Assembly (NCBI GenBank): GCA_022600255.1
Contig: JAHZKU010000193.1
Location: 1-37,750 of the forward strand
Direction of reading: 5' to 3'
Length of the DNA stretch: 37,750 nt
DNA from: Actinomycetes bacterium
GTDB lineage: Bacteria > Actinomycetota > Actinomycetes > S36-B12 > GCA-2699445
Part shown: piece after piece, positions 1 through 8,867 of the stretch
Layout of the letters: every line of letters begins with the position of its first letter
How positions within the stretch are numbered: the first letter of the stretch is position 1
Notes under the pieces: model-generated
What the model saw: only the letters and a program-made list of their open reading frames with translations
Databases searched by the model: none
Told to the model about the DNA's origin: nothing
Translations under genes and position numbers: made by a program

Positions 1-407
1 AAGTCGAGCAACCGGCCTGGGCAGGCCACAGCGACGTCCACACCGCGCCGCAATGCCTGTAACTGTGGTCCAAAACCCACACCTCCGTAGAAGGACGCGA
101 CCTTGCGGCCATTGGGCGCCAGGAGTGGTTCCATTTCGTCTCGGATCTGCGCCGCAAGCTCGCGCGTGGGTGTCAGGACGAGACCGGTTGGGCGGTTCGG
201 TTTGGCCTTTGTGACACGCTCGGCCATAGGGATGCCAAAAGCCAGGGTCTTGCCTGAACCTGTTGGGGCCCGGCCAGAGACATCTTTGCCGGCGAGCGCC
301 GGCGGAAGGGCCATTTCCTGGATGGGAAAAGCCGTTGTGAGACCGCGTTTGGCCAGCGCCGAGACGACAGCGTCGGGAAGCCCGAGGGCGGCGAAGGATT
401 TTGACAT
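1..407 (-). CDS. DEAD-box ATP-dependent RNA helicase, N-terminal part (gene continues beyond the left edge)
   Basis: It is absent from the ORF track because no stop codon lies in the window. The reverse-strand translation from the ATG at 407 reads MSKSFAALGLPDAVVSALAKRGLTTAFPIQEMALPPALAGKDVSGRAPTGSGKTLAFGIPM...GLVLTPTRELAAQIRDE. It carries the Q-motif (GLTTAFPIQ), motif I/Walker A (APTGSGKT) and motif Ia (PTRELA). Confidence 0.9.
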   Translation of the reverse strand, partial: MSKSFAALGLPDAVVSALAKRGLTTAFPIQEMALPPALAGKDVSGRAPTGSGKTLAFGIPMAERVTKAKPNRPTGLVLTPTRELAAQIRDEMEPLLAPNGRKVASFYGGVGFGPQLQALRRGVDVAVACPGRLLD

Positions 408-875
408 GATTGGTTTCTCCGAAAAATCTGATAAGTCGATGCGCTGGGCGGCTTTCGTCCGCTGCGCGTTGATTGGCCGAGGTCTGAGTAGACCGCTGGC
501 CGATGGAAGACGATTCGCTGTTGGGACCGTTAGGTTCGTGGGAGGATCATCGCGTTGCGATCATCTGGCGCGTTCCCAGCCAAGTCGGCTCTAGACCTAT
601 TCCGGACGCCTTTCGATTCGTCTGGCTCCTGAAACGGGTCTGCGACAGCGTTGATTAGGGTGCGCCAGCAAAGTAGGGGTGGGTTAGGCCTGTTTCAGGG
701 CAGGGCACTAACAACCTTGAATCTTGACCGTAGCACCGTTGCCTAGTTACCGATAGCCGTCATCATCGTGAGTCGGGACACCTTGGATGTGCGGTCTCGC
801 GCTACCAAGCCGCGCCATGGACTGCTCGCCGTGTCAACCGATTGGAATCTGCCGAGCCGGAGAGGGCCTTGAACC

Positions 876-1221
876 ATGCGCAAAATGAACTGGGTAGTGG
901 TTTTCGGATTCCTCGTTGCGTTAGTGGCCTGCGGGGGAGTCGCAAGCGCGGACGCTCCCAAGAACTTCAAGCGCCACGTCGACTGCCAAGTTCAAGGGCA
1001 AACGCGGTAAGACAAAGGTCAAAGGCGAGATGGTGCTGGACTTTTTTGCAGTTGGTGGTGGCGTCTGTGGCCAACGGCAATAGGTGCGCACCGCACCAGC
1101 AAAGGGGAACAAGAAATCGATTCGGAAGCTGCGCCAGGTCCAGTCCGCCATCTTCGACCCAGGCCGTAATCGGCCCGGGCCGTTTATCGGGACAATCCGC
1201 TCAAATCGCCCGACTGGCTAA
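876..1221 (+). pseudogene. Possible small lipoprotein ORF or decayed lipoprotein gene
   Basis: ATG 876..TAA 1010 encodes 44 aa, [44 protein letters not shown]. This is a textbook lipoprotein signal peptide with lipobox LVA-C, and GGAGAGGG lies about 10 nt upstream. A shifted frame from about 988 stays open to TAA 1219-1221 apart from one in-frame TAG at 1081-1083 ([42 protein letters not shown]...). That pattern suggests a frameshifted and nonsense-interrupted remnant. The ORF is below the ORF-track length cut-off. Confidence 0.25.
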
Positions 1222-1317
1222 CCGCTGTGTCCTAGCACTATCTCGATGCTCGGGCCACGAGGCATTAGCGCGCTGGCTTGCGTATGGTCGTGTTCGGATG
1301 ATCGGACAGGAGTGGAC

Positions 1318-2064
1318 ATGAAGAAGCTAGTCGGAACGGCTGCAGTTATTGGACTCACAGCAGGGCTAGCGCTGGCTGGCGCCCCCGCGAACGCTAGTCA
1401 TCATCTCGACCCGCTATCAAAGCAGGAGATGAAGAAGGCCGGGCTCCGCGTTTCTGATGTCCCGGACAGCTTCGGCTCGGATTTGAAGCGCGACTTCACC
1501 TACACCAAAGGCAAGAAGGCCGCCAAGCCAGACCTGTGTCTGAAGGGCAATGGCGATACCCGGTACGGCAAGAAGCCGTGGCGTGCCGCCGAAAACCTAG
1601 TTGGCCTGGCAGAGGACCTAGACAACTTCACATTTACCGAAACCAACAGCAACCTGTACCAGTACCGCAACAGCAAAAAGGCGTTGCGGGCCTTCCGGGA
1701 TCTGCGCAAGAAGGCCAATAAGTGTGTTGGCACTGAAAAGGCCAAGTTCAATGCCGATGGCGTCAAGGGGAAAATCGACATCAGCGCCAAGAAGAAGAAG
1801 GCCGCCCGCATTGGTGATGTGAACGGGTTTGGCTTGGAGCTGGACCTTAGCCTGTCGATCGATATCGAAAAGGCAGGCTTGGACCTAAGCCTGATTGCTG
1901 ATCAGTACGCGATCTACCACTTGTCCGGGGCCACTATTGTGCGCGTTGAGTATGCGGACGTGTCTGGTGAAGACCTGAACGCCGTCACGAAGACTGTCAA
2001 GAAGTACGTGAAGGCCACCGCTCGTGCGGTGACCTATCGGACTTGGACTGCTGCCACCAGTTGA
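1318..2064 (+). CDS. Secreted lysine-rich hypothetical protein
   Basis: This is ORF 1246..2064 trimmed to the ATG at 1318, which is preceded by GGAG at about 1308. The N-terminus MKKLVGTAAVIGLTAGLALAGAPANA is a Sec signal peptide with an AxA cleavage site. The mature part is Lys-rich with two Cys (PDLCLKG, ANKCVG). I recognise no catalytic motif. Confidence 0.7.
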   Translation: MKKLVGTAAVIGLTAGLALAGAPANASHHLDPLSKQEMKKAGLRVSDVPDSFGSDLKRDFTYTKGKKAAKPDLCLKGNGDTRYGKKPWRAAENLVGLAEDLDNFTFTETNSNLYQYRNSKKALRAFRDLRKKANKCVGTEKAKFNADGVKGKIDISAKKKKAARIGDVNGFGLELDLSLSIDIEKAGLDLSLIADQYAIYHLSGATIVRVEYADVSGEDLNAVTKTVKKYVKATARAVTYRTWTAATS

Positions 2065-2344
2065 GCTAGCGGTGGGCGTCAGTGGGCCACGGTCAAATCG
2101 TCTTGGTAGGGCGTTCCGGGCGCGAATCAGTCGAACGCCGAAAACCCGACGCCGAGCGACCTCCAGCGGCCGGCACGATGCTGTTGGACTGATTGGACGC
2201 TGATGTACGCTCACCCAGGGATCCAGCGCGGTCAGGTCCGTCTCACTAATCGTCAGTCGAGATTAACGGTGTCCGTCAGGGGTAACGCTGTTGGTCATGG
2301 GTAGGACACCGAGTTGCTGGCAACAGGTGCGACCGCGGCAGGGT

Positions 2345-3160
2345 TCAGTCGGCTAGGTCCCAGACTCGGACGCCGCCGATGATCCCAGCTGTGTTCGGTA
2401 CAACCTGAGCCTTCGGGGGCAGGTCGGCTAGGCGCAGTTTCTTGGCGTTTCCACCGCCGATGAGGATCTTGTCGAAGAACAGCATCTCGTCAAACCAGTG
2501 AATGGCCTCGTTTACCCACTTGCGCCACTTCTTGTTACCGATGGCCTTTCGGTTCACGTTGCCCAGGGCGTAGTCCGTGGTCATTCCCTTCTTGAAGGGC
2601 CCGTGTGACAGTTCGATGTGGGGCAGAAGTTTGCCCTGGAAGAACTGGGCGCAGCCGACGCCAGTGCCGAGGGTCATGACGAACTCATAGCCATCTCCGG
2701 TGGCCACCGCACAACCTTGCATATCGGCATCGTTGACGACTTTGATCGGCACTGTGAAGGCTTGGGCGAGTGCGTCAGCGAGGTCGAAACCATGCCAGCG
2801 GGCCGCCATCGTGGGGTCATTCTCGCCGCCGTATTCCAGACGCGACAGGGCAGGGACCTGAACAACCACGCCGTCGCGCACCAGCCCGGGGAATCCCACC
2901 GAAATCCGTTGCGTAGCGGGCAACGGCTTCACAAGTTCGCTGATTGTGTTCACAAGTGTGGTGGGCGTGCACGGATATGGGGTATCGACGCGCACCCGCT
3001 CCGTGATCATGTTGCCTTTGGCATCTAGGACCGATGCCTTCACTCCAGAACCTCCGACATCCACGCCTAAGGTGGTCACGTTGTGGGGCCAACGTGTTTT
3101 GGTCACTTGCTGGGAAACAGGTGCGGCTGTCTTGGTGGGGGCGGGCAGTTCGTCGGACAT
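2345..3160 (-). CDS. ppgK: Polyphosphate/ATP glucokinase (ROK family)
   Basis: The 271-aa ORF has the ROK-type N-terminal phosphate-binding loop LGVDVGGSGVK. It also carries the downstream motifs VVNDADMQG and MTLGTGVG typical of actinobacterial PpgK. A strong AGGAGG lies 4 nt upstream of the ATG at 3160. Confidence 0.8.
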   Translation of the reverse strand: MSDELPAPTKTAAPVSQQVTKTRWPHNVTTLGVDVGGSGVKASVLDAKGNMITERVRVDTPYPCTPTTLVNTISELVKPLPATQRISVGFPGLVRDGVVVQVPALSRLEYGGENDPTMAARWHGFDLADALAQAFTVPIKVVNDADMQGCAVATGDGYEFVMTLGTGVGCAQFFQGKLLPHIELSHGPFKKGMTTDYALGNVNRKAIGNKKWRKWVNEAIHWFDEMLFFDKILIGGGNAKKLRLADLPPKAQVVPNTAGIIGGVRVWDLAD

Positions 3161-3254
3161 GTTGCCTCCTGGAGAGTATGGTCTGCAGGTTCTACTTTGG
3201 CAGGATTGGGTCCGAGATACCGGGTGAAGCGTGCTTTAGGCGGCGGCCTGCGTG

Positions 3255-4130
3255 CTACTCGACCGTGGGCAGGGTCAGGATCTCCGCTCCGGAGTCGGTT
3301 ACCAGCAGGGTGTGTTCGAACTGGGCACTGCGAAGTCGGTCGTGGGTCACGACCGTCCAATCGTCGGACCAGATTTCATAGTCGTAGGTACCCAGACACA
3401 ACATCGGTTCAATCGTGAACGTCATTCCGGTCTCGATCGTCACATTCAGTTGGGGATCCTCGTAGTGCGGCACCACCAGGCCGGTGTGGAACGAGGTCCC
3501 AATCCCATGGCCCGTGAAGTCCCGGACGACACCGTAGTTGAACCGTTTGGCGTAGCGCTCGATCACGCGCCCAATGACCGTCAATGGCCGTCCCGGGGCC
3601 ACAACTTTGATGGCCCGCATCGTCGCTTCGTGGGTTCGTTCGACCAGCAGTCGGGACTCTTCGTCAACATCGCCGGCCAGAAAAGTTGCGTTCGTATCCC
3701 CATGCACGCCCCCGATGAAGGCGGTGATGTCAATGTTGCAGATGTCGCCGTCCTGGATCACCGTCGAGTCGGGGATCCCGTGGCACATAACTTCGTTCAA
3801 TGACGTACACAAGGACTTGGGAAAGCCGCGATACCCCAGCGTCGAGGGGTACGCGTTGTGGTCCAGCAAGTACTCGTGGCCAATGCGATCGAGTTCATCG
3901 GTGGTGATCCCAGGCCGTACCGCTGCTCCAACAGTCTGGAGTGCGTCAGCCGCAATTCGGCCAGCGATTCGCATGCGTTCCACCGTTTCGGCGTCCTTGA
4001 CCTCCGGACCCCGATAAGGTTTTGGCGCAGACTTGCCGACGTATTCAGGGCGCGCAATGGTGTCTGGGACAGCCCGGCGGGGTGAAATCCGCCCGGGCTG
4101 CAAGGTTCCTGGTCCTGTTGGCTGTGCCAT
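3255..4130 (-). CDS. map: Type I methionine aminopeptidase (actinobacterial type Ic with N-terminal extension)
   Basis: The metal-ligand and signature motifs are present: [30 protein letters not shown] and QFEHT. The N-terminus [33 protein letters not shown] parallels the MapB-type extension. I therefore prefer the ATG at 4130 over the GTG at 4163 given in the ORF track. Confidence 0.9.
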   Translation of the reverse strand: MAQPTGPGTLQPGRISPRRAVPDTIARPEYVGKSAPKPYRGPEVKDAETVERMRIAGRIAADALQTVGAAVRPGITTDELDRIGHEYLLDHNAYPSTLGYRGFPKSLCTSLNEVMCHGIPDSTVIQDGDICNIDITAFIGGVHGDTNATFLAGDVDEESRLLVERTHEATMRAIKVVAPGRPLTVIGRVIERYAKRFNYGVVRDFTGHGIGTSFHTGLVVPHYEDPQLNVTIETGMTFTIEPMLCLGTYDYEIWSDDWTVVTHDRLRSAQFEHTLLVTDSGAEILTLPTVE

Positions 4131-4193
4131 GGTGCAACTGTGGCACATTCTGCGGAAGAGCACGTAAGTGGATTAGACAACGAGGAGATTGCA

Positions 4194-4394
4194 ATGGGGC
4201 CATGGTGGTACTGCTTGAAGCACAATCGGGTAGAGCCGAATGACGGTTGCCCGAACTCAGAGCGCTTGGGCCCGTTCGACACCAAGGAAGAGGCTGCGAA
4301 CGCGATTGAGATTGCCCGCGAGCGCAATGAGGAGTGGGAACGCAACGAGAATGAGTGGGATAAGGGCGATCAGACCCAGGAGAAGGAACTCTGA
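4194..4394 (+). CDS. Small acidic hypothetical protein (66 aa)
   Basis: This is ORF 4140..4394 trimmed to the ATG at 4194, which has GAGGAG 7 nt upstream. The sequence is MGPWWYCLKHNRVEPNDGCPNSERLGPFDTKEEAANAIEIARERNEEWERNENEWDKGDQTQEKEL. A Cys/His-containing N-terminal knuckle is followed by a highly charged helix. Confidence 0.6.
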   Translation: MGPWWYCLKHNRVEPNDGCPNSERLGPFDTKEEAANAIEIARERNEEWERNENEWDKGDQTQEKEL

Positions 4395-4406
4395 AACAGT
4401 AGGACC

Positions 4407-5549
4407 ATGAATCAGCGTTCGGGTCCACTTGTTGGGTTGAAGGTAATAGAACTCGGGGCAATCGGTCCAGTACCGTTCGCCGCTGGATACTTCGGCGACC
4501 TCGGAGCCGATGTTCTGCGTATTGAATCGCCCAATCCCGGCTTGGACTTACCCAGCCGTGACACCTCGCCGCACTTGCGCAGTCGCGCTTGCGCCACCCT
4601 AAACCTGCGCAATGCGGACGATCTGGCCGTCTGTGCCGAACTGATCAACAAGGCTGATGTCTTGCTGGAAGGTTTCCGACCGGGCACTCTGGAGCGCTTG
4701 GGATTAGACCCCAGAGACCTGTGTCAGCGCAACCCCGGTCTGATCGTTGGCCGGATGACGGGATGGGGCCAAACCGGGCCGATGGCCGATCGGGCTGGTC
4801 ACGACATCAACTACATCGCAATGTCCGGACCGCTGGCGCATGCGGCCCGAGCTGGCCAAGCGCCTGTCCCGCCCATCAACCTACTGGGTGATTTCGGTGG
4901 CGGCGCCATGTTCTTGATTACGGGCGTCTTGAGCGCATTGTATGAGCGCAGCCAGTCGGGGCAGGGCCAAGTCATTGACGCGGCCATGGTGGATGGGGCC
5001 GCCTACTTGATGATGTTGATCTACTCGTTCCGTTCTGAGGGGATGTGGCGCACGGAATCGGGTACGAATCTCCTAGACACCGGCGCCCCGTTCTACGACG
5101 TGTACGAAACCGCTGATCACAAATACTTGGCGGTGGGCTGCCTGGAACCCAAGTTCTACGCGGCCTTCATTGCAGGTCTGGGCCTAGACCCAGCCAAACT
5201 TCCTCCCCAGCACGACGTGACCCGGTGGCCGGAACTGCGCGCCCTCTTCGCCGCCACGATCGCCGGCAAGACCCGGGACGAGTGGGACGATATCTTCGGT
5301 GAAACTGATGCTTGCGCCACCGGGATTCGTGACCTCGTCGAAGCTGCCACCAGCGAGCATCTGGCACAGCGGGAGACTTTTCTTGGAAGTGATTCGGCCC
5401 AAACCGATGACATCCCACTCCAACCGGCGCCTGCACCCCGGTTCTCTCGGACTCCTGGTCAGGCACGGCCTCGGCGCGATTTCCGCCAAGGTGAGCACGC
5501 CCTGCAGGCCTGGGGGATTGATCGAAGCAGCGGCTCAGAAACCGCCTAG
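4407..5549 (+). CDS. CaiB/BaiF family III CoA-transferase (alpha-methylacyl-CoA racemase-like)
   Basis: The N-terminus GPLVGLKVIELGAIGPVPFAAGYFGDLGADVLRIE is the characteristic family III CoA-transferase/MCR opening. The length of 380 aa is typical for the family. Confidence 0.8.
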   Translation: MNQRSGPLVGLKVIELGAIGPVPFAAGYFGDLGADVLRIESPNPGLDLPSRDTSPHLRSRACATLNLRNADDLAVCAELINKADVLLEGFRPGTLERLGLDPRDLCQRNPGLIVGRMTGWGQTGPMADRAGHDINYIAMSGPLAHAARAGQAPVPPINLLGDFGGGAMFLITGVLSALYERSQSGQGQVIDAAMVDGAAYLMMLIYSFRSEGMWRTESGTNLLDTGAPFYDVYETADHKYLAVGCLEPKFYAAFIAGLGLDPAKLPPQHDVTRWPELRALFAATIAGKTRDEWDDIFGETDACATGIRDLVEAATSEHLAQRETFLGSDSAQTDDIPLQPAPAPRFSRTPGQARPRRDFRQGEHALQAWGIDRSSGSETA

Positions 5550-5737
5550 TAGTCCGGTACGGCGCTTGGCTGACAACCAACTGGGGCGCGCGGGCCTGGC
5601 AGACGGGGCAATCTGTGAATTCAAGTGGACTCGGCGACCGCGGCGATCTAGGTTCGGAATGTACGCATTTCAGCCATGCCACGTGGGTTGCCTCGCCGTG
5701 GGAGCCGCTGAAGTTTGCTCACTCGAAGGGAGTCTCG

Positions 5738-6964
5738 ATGCGAAATCGCGCAATTGCACTTGGATCTGCCGGTGCCCTAGGTCTGACGATGTTGGCCCCG
5801 CTAACGGCGAGCGGCGCAGCTGGCGAGCAGGCCGATTCAGCGACGATTGCGAGCAGCCAGGTATCGGCCAGCGCCGATACTTGCCCCCGGCTGGTCGCCC
5901 ACCGCGGCGGCGATGAAAACCCACCTGACACGAACGAAAACTCCATGGCCGCTTTCAAGCGTGCGGCCAACTTGGGTGTCTGGGCCATTGAGACCGACGT
6001 GTGGTTCACGAAAGACCTGGTCCCGGTGATTATGCACGATGAGACGATCGATCGGACCACCAACGGCACTGGCAAAATTTCCGATTACACCTACAAGCAG
6101 TTGGAGCAGTTCCGACTGAACAACGGTGAGAAGATTCCATCGTTGGATAAGGTGCTGCAGCTCGTCAAGGATCGTGGCATCTGGGGATTCATCGAGTACA
6201 AGGACGCCGACGAGAAGAAGCTCTACAAGATTTACCTCAAGCATTTGGAAGACTCTGGCGCGAAGGTCTACGGCGCTGGGTTTTCTTCGGAGCTCATGGA
6301 GTGGCTACACAAGAAGGACAAGAATCTGCCCTTGATGTGGTTTGGCAATCGCACCGGTTCAATCCCGATTCCCACGCCCCCGCAGGATGTTCCCACCGGT
6401 GCTGATCCAGGCTTGATCAACTGGTTCATTGACACCCAGTTGGTCGATGAGATGGCTGCGGCTGGCAAGAAGGTCAACGTGTGGTTCAACACCGCCACCA
6501 AAGGTGACAACCCCTCTGGTTCTAACGGGCTGGGACCCGCCAAGGACAAGGGCTGGAACGCTCTCACGGCTGCTGGGGTCACCTGGATCTCCACAGACTT
6601 CCCAGACAACTACAACGCCTGGATGCGCACCGGTGGGGTCTGCGACGCCCCGGCGCCTAAGAAAGCCAAAGCACCTTGCGTCATGATGCCCAAGTCCAAG
6701 GACCTGCAAGCAGGACGCACCTACAAAGTGATGACCAAAGGGTGCAAGAGCACGGCCGCTAAGAAGGTCAAGCTACAGGTAAAGGCGAAGAATAGCGTCG
6801 CCACCAAGGTCGGCAAGAACAACAACAAGGTCAAGATCAAGAAGCTCGGTCCGGTCACGATCAAGGTCAAAGCCAAGAAGCGTACGGCCTCCTACAACGG
6901 GGTGGAATGGAACTCGTACACCTCGTTCAAGAAGGAGCGGGTCTGGTCTGGTGGGCTTGGCTAA
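5738..6964 (+). CDS. Secreted glycerophosphodiester phosphodiesterase (GDPD) with a Lys-rich C-terminal domain
   Basis: This is ORF 5615..6964 trimmed to the ATG at 5738, which has GAAGGGAG upstream. The signal peptide is MRNRAIALGSAGALGLTMLAPLTASGAAG. GDPD motifs are present: VAHRGG, ENS, ETDVW and IMHDETIDRTTNG. The roughly 100-aa C-terminus is Lys-rich and Cys-containing. Confidence 0.8.
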   Translation: MRNRAIALGSAGALGLTMLAPLTASGAAGEQADSATIASSQVSASADTCPRLVAHRGGDENPPDTNENSMAAFKRAANLGVWAIETDVWFTKDLVPVIMHDETIDRTTNGTGKISDYTYKQLEQFRLNNGEKIPSLDKVLQLVKDRGIWGFIEYKDADEKKLYKIYLKHLEDSGAKVYGAGFSSELMEWLHKKDKNLPLMWFGNRTGSIPIPTPPQDVPTGADPGLINWFIDTQLVDEMAAAGKKVNVWFNTATKGDNPSGSNGLGPAKDKGWNALTAAGVTWISTDFPDNYNAWMRTGGVCDAPAPKKAKAPCVMMPKSKDLQAGRTYKVMTKGCKSTAAKKVKLQVKAKNSVATKVGKNNNKVKIKKLGPVTIKVKAKKRTASYNGVEWNSYTSFKKERVWSGGLG

Positions 6965-7037
6965 GGCCGGCAAAGGAATCGGCTAGCTGACTGCCCCCGG
7001 GCGTGGCTGGGCTGTGGACTGCTGAGAGAATCACGAC

Positions 7038-7715
7038 ATGGCTGAAGACTCTGCAGTAACCATTCCCGACGAACCCAAGGTTGGTGTTCTAGGCGGCACC
7101 GGCGACCAAGGTAAGGGTCTGGCCCTTCGACTGGCTATGGCTGGCATCCCGGTTGGCATCGGCTCGCGCGACCAATCTCGCGCAGAGGATGCAGCGACTG
7201 AGACCGGATATGGCTGTATCGGCCGCGATAATGCCACGATTGCTCGGTGGTGTGACATCGCCATCGTGGCTGTTCCTTGGGCTGGGCACGAAGCGTTGGT
7301 AGCTTCGCTGGCTGATCCCCTGGCCGAGAAGGTTGTCATTGACTGCGTGAACCCGCTCGGATTCGACAAGCGTGGCGCTTTCCCCTTGCCGGTACCAGAG
7401 GGGTCCGCGGCTGAGCAAGCCCAGGCCCTGCTGCCTGACTCCGTTGTGGTGGGTGCCTTTCACAATGTCAGTGCTGTCCTACTACTGGACCGTGACCTAA
7501 CGGAGGTTGAAACCGATGTCCTGGTGCTCGGAGACGTACGGGCCGCCACAGATGCGGTGCAACGGCTCGTGTCTCTGGTGCCCGGAATGCGCGGCGTCTT
7601 CGGCGGGCGTCTGCGCAATAGTGCCCAGATTGAGGCGCTCACCGCGAACCTGATCTCAATAAACCGGCGCTACAAGATCCACGCCGGAATAAAGATCACT
7701 GATCTGCCGGAGTAG
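7038..7715 (+). CDS. npdG: NADPH-dependent F420 reductase
   Basis: The Rossmann motif VGVLGGTGDQGKGLALRLA is present. Overall collinearity with Fno/NpdG proteins is clear (IAIVAVPW..., VVGAFHNV..., LISINRRY). Confidence 0.8.
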   Translation: MAEDSAVTIPDEPKVGVLGGTGDQGKGLALRLAMAGIPVGIGSRDQSRAEDAATETGYGCIGRDNATIARWCDIAIVAVPWAGHEALVASLADPLAEKVVIDCVNPLGFDKRGAFPLPVPEGSAAEQAQALLPDSVVVGAFHNVSAVLLLDRDLTEVETDVLVLGDVRAATDAVQRLVSLVPGMRGVFGGRLRNSAQIEALTANLISINRRYKIHAGIKITDLPE

Positions 7716-7759
7716 CCGGTTCCGGTCGGCGGGGTGTTGTCCACCACGCTGACGGGCGC

Positions 7760-8632
7760 CTACTCGTAGGAGTGGTCTAAGTCGGGGTAAGCACCAGAAG
7801 CTACGTCCGCACCCCATTCGGCGACAGCCGCACCCATGATTTGCCGCAGATTGGCGTAGGGACGAACAAACTTCGGCGGCTTGCCAGCGGTCAACCCCAA
7901 AAGGTCCTGCCAGACCAGCACTTGAGCGTCGGTACCGGTACCAGCCCCGATGCCGATGGTGGGGACATGGATCTCCTTGGAGACCCGTTCGGCCAATGGG
8001 GCTGGCACAACTTCCAGTACCACGGCAAAGGCGCCAGCCGCGGCGACCGCTAGCGCGTCCTCGATGAGGTCGTGCCCGGCCTCGCCACGGCCTTGCACCC
8101 GATAACCACCCAGCGTATTCACCGATTGTGGTGTGAGTCCGATGTGGGCCATCACGGGGATTCCGGCGTCGACCAGAGCACGGATTTGCGGTGCGACCCG
8201 CTGACCTCCCTCAAGTTTCACAGCAGTCGCCCCAGCCTCCTTCATGAAGCGCGTGGCCGACTGCAGGGCCTGTGCGGGTGACTCCTGGTAGCTGCCGAAG
8301 GGCAGGTCAGCCACCACCATTGCGCGTTTGGTGCCCCGAACGACGGCACTGGTGAGACTGACCAGATCGTCAACGGAGATTGGCAACGTGGAATCGTGGC
8401 CATGCACGACCATCGCGGCGGAATCGCCGACCAGTAGGACGGGTATGCCGACTTCGTCGAACAAGTTTGCTGTCATGGCGTCGTAGGCGGTCAACATCGG
8501 CCATTTTTCGCCGGAGACCTTGGCCTTGGCCAGATCAGTCACGTTGATACGGCGCTGTTGTGAGCCGCCGTAGAGAGCATGCGGATCTCGATCCGGGGTT
8601 GCCGAATTCGAGTCCTGCGAGATTGCAGACAC
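7760..8632 (-). CDS. panB: 3-methyl-2-oxobutanoate hydroxymethyltransferase
   Basis: PanB motifs are present: MLTAYD, LLVGDSAAMV, DLPFGSY, VKLEGG and AHIGLTPQ. I place the start at the GTG at 8632, which has GGAGGA 5 nt upstream. The ORF-track ATG at 8782 adds an implausible 50-aa extension. Confidence 0.85.
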   Translation of the reverse strand: MSAISQDSNSATPDRDPHALYGGSQQRRINVTDLAKAKVSGEKWPMLTAYDAMTANLFDEVGIPVLLVGDSAAMVVHGHDSTLPISVDDLVSLTSAVVRGTKRAMVVADLPFGSYQESPAQALQSATRFMKEAGATAVKLEGGQRVAPQIRALVDAGIPVMAHIGLTPQSVNTLGGYRVQGRGEAGHDLIEDALAVAAAGAFAVVLEVVPAPLAERVSKEIHVPTIGIGAGTGTDAQVLVWQDLLGLTAGKPPKFVRPYANLRQIMGAAVAEWGADVASGAYPDLDHSYE

Positions 8633-8867
8633 GATTTCCTCCAAATTGTCGACGCCCGTTCGGGTCGCCGCAACACCTCTAGTGTCCCCGAAACGGCCAC
8701 CGGACACAACGACAGCAGAGACGAGTCCCGAGGAATCGTTACGTAAGGCAGGCTCCCAGCCACTCTGCGTTAGTGAAGGCACGGTCTACACTCGAGATTG
8801 GCGACCGCTCTGGCCCTCGCTACGACGGCTCCCGTCGCTCTTCTGCTTTCAAGATTGGAACCTAGCC

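Noticed and set aside
842-1321. A 159-aa plus-strand ORF spanning the gene-poor region.
   Set aside because: The translation is Arg/Ser/Ala-rich with no hydrophobic core or motif. It is in a different frame from the lipoprotein-signal mini-ORF and ends by overlapping the 1318 start. It is most likely a chance ORF.
2110-2139. A hairpin, GGCGTTC-n16-GAACGCC, in the 280-bp convergent spacer between the secreted protein gene and ppgK.
   Set aside because: It has a 7-bp stem, a large loop and no U-tract. It could be a weak factor-independent terminator, but the evidence is insufficient. The 109-aa minus ORF (1885..2214) in this spacer looks like a chance ORF.
5611-5631. A PHO-box-like pair (reverse complement GTCCACTTGA ATTCACAGAT) upstream of the secreted GDPD gene.
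   Set aside because: The two units are spaced 10 nt apart rather than the 11 nt of actinobacterial PhoP direct-repeat units. Each unit deviates from GTTCAC. The match is too weak to call.
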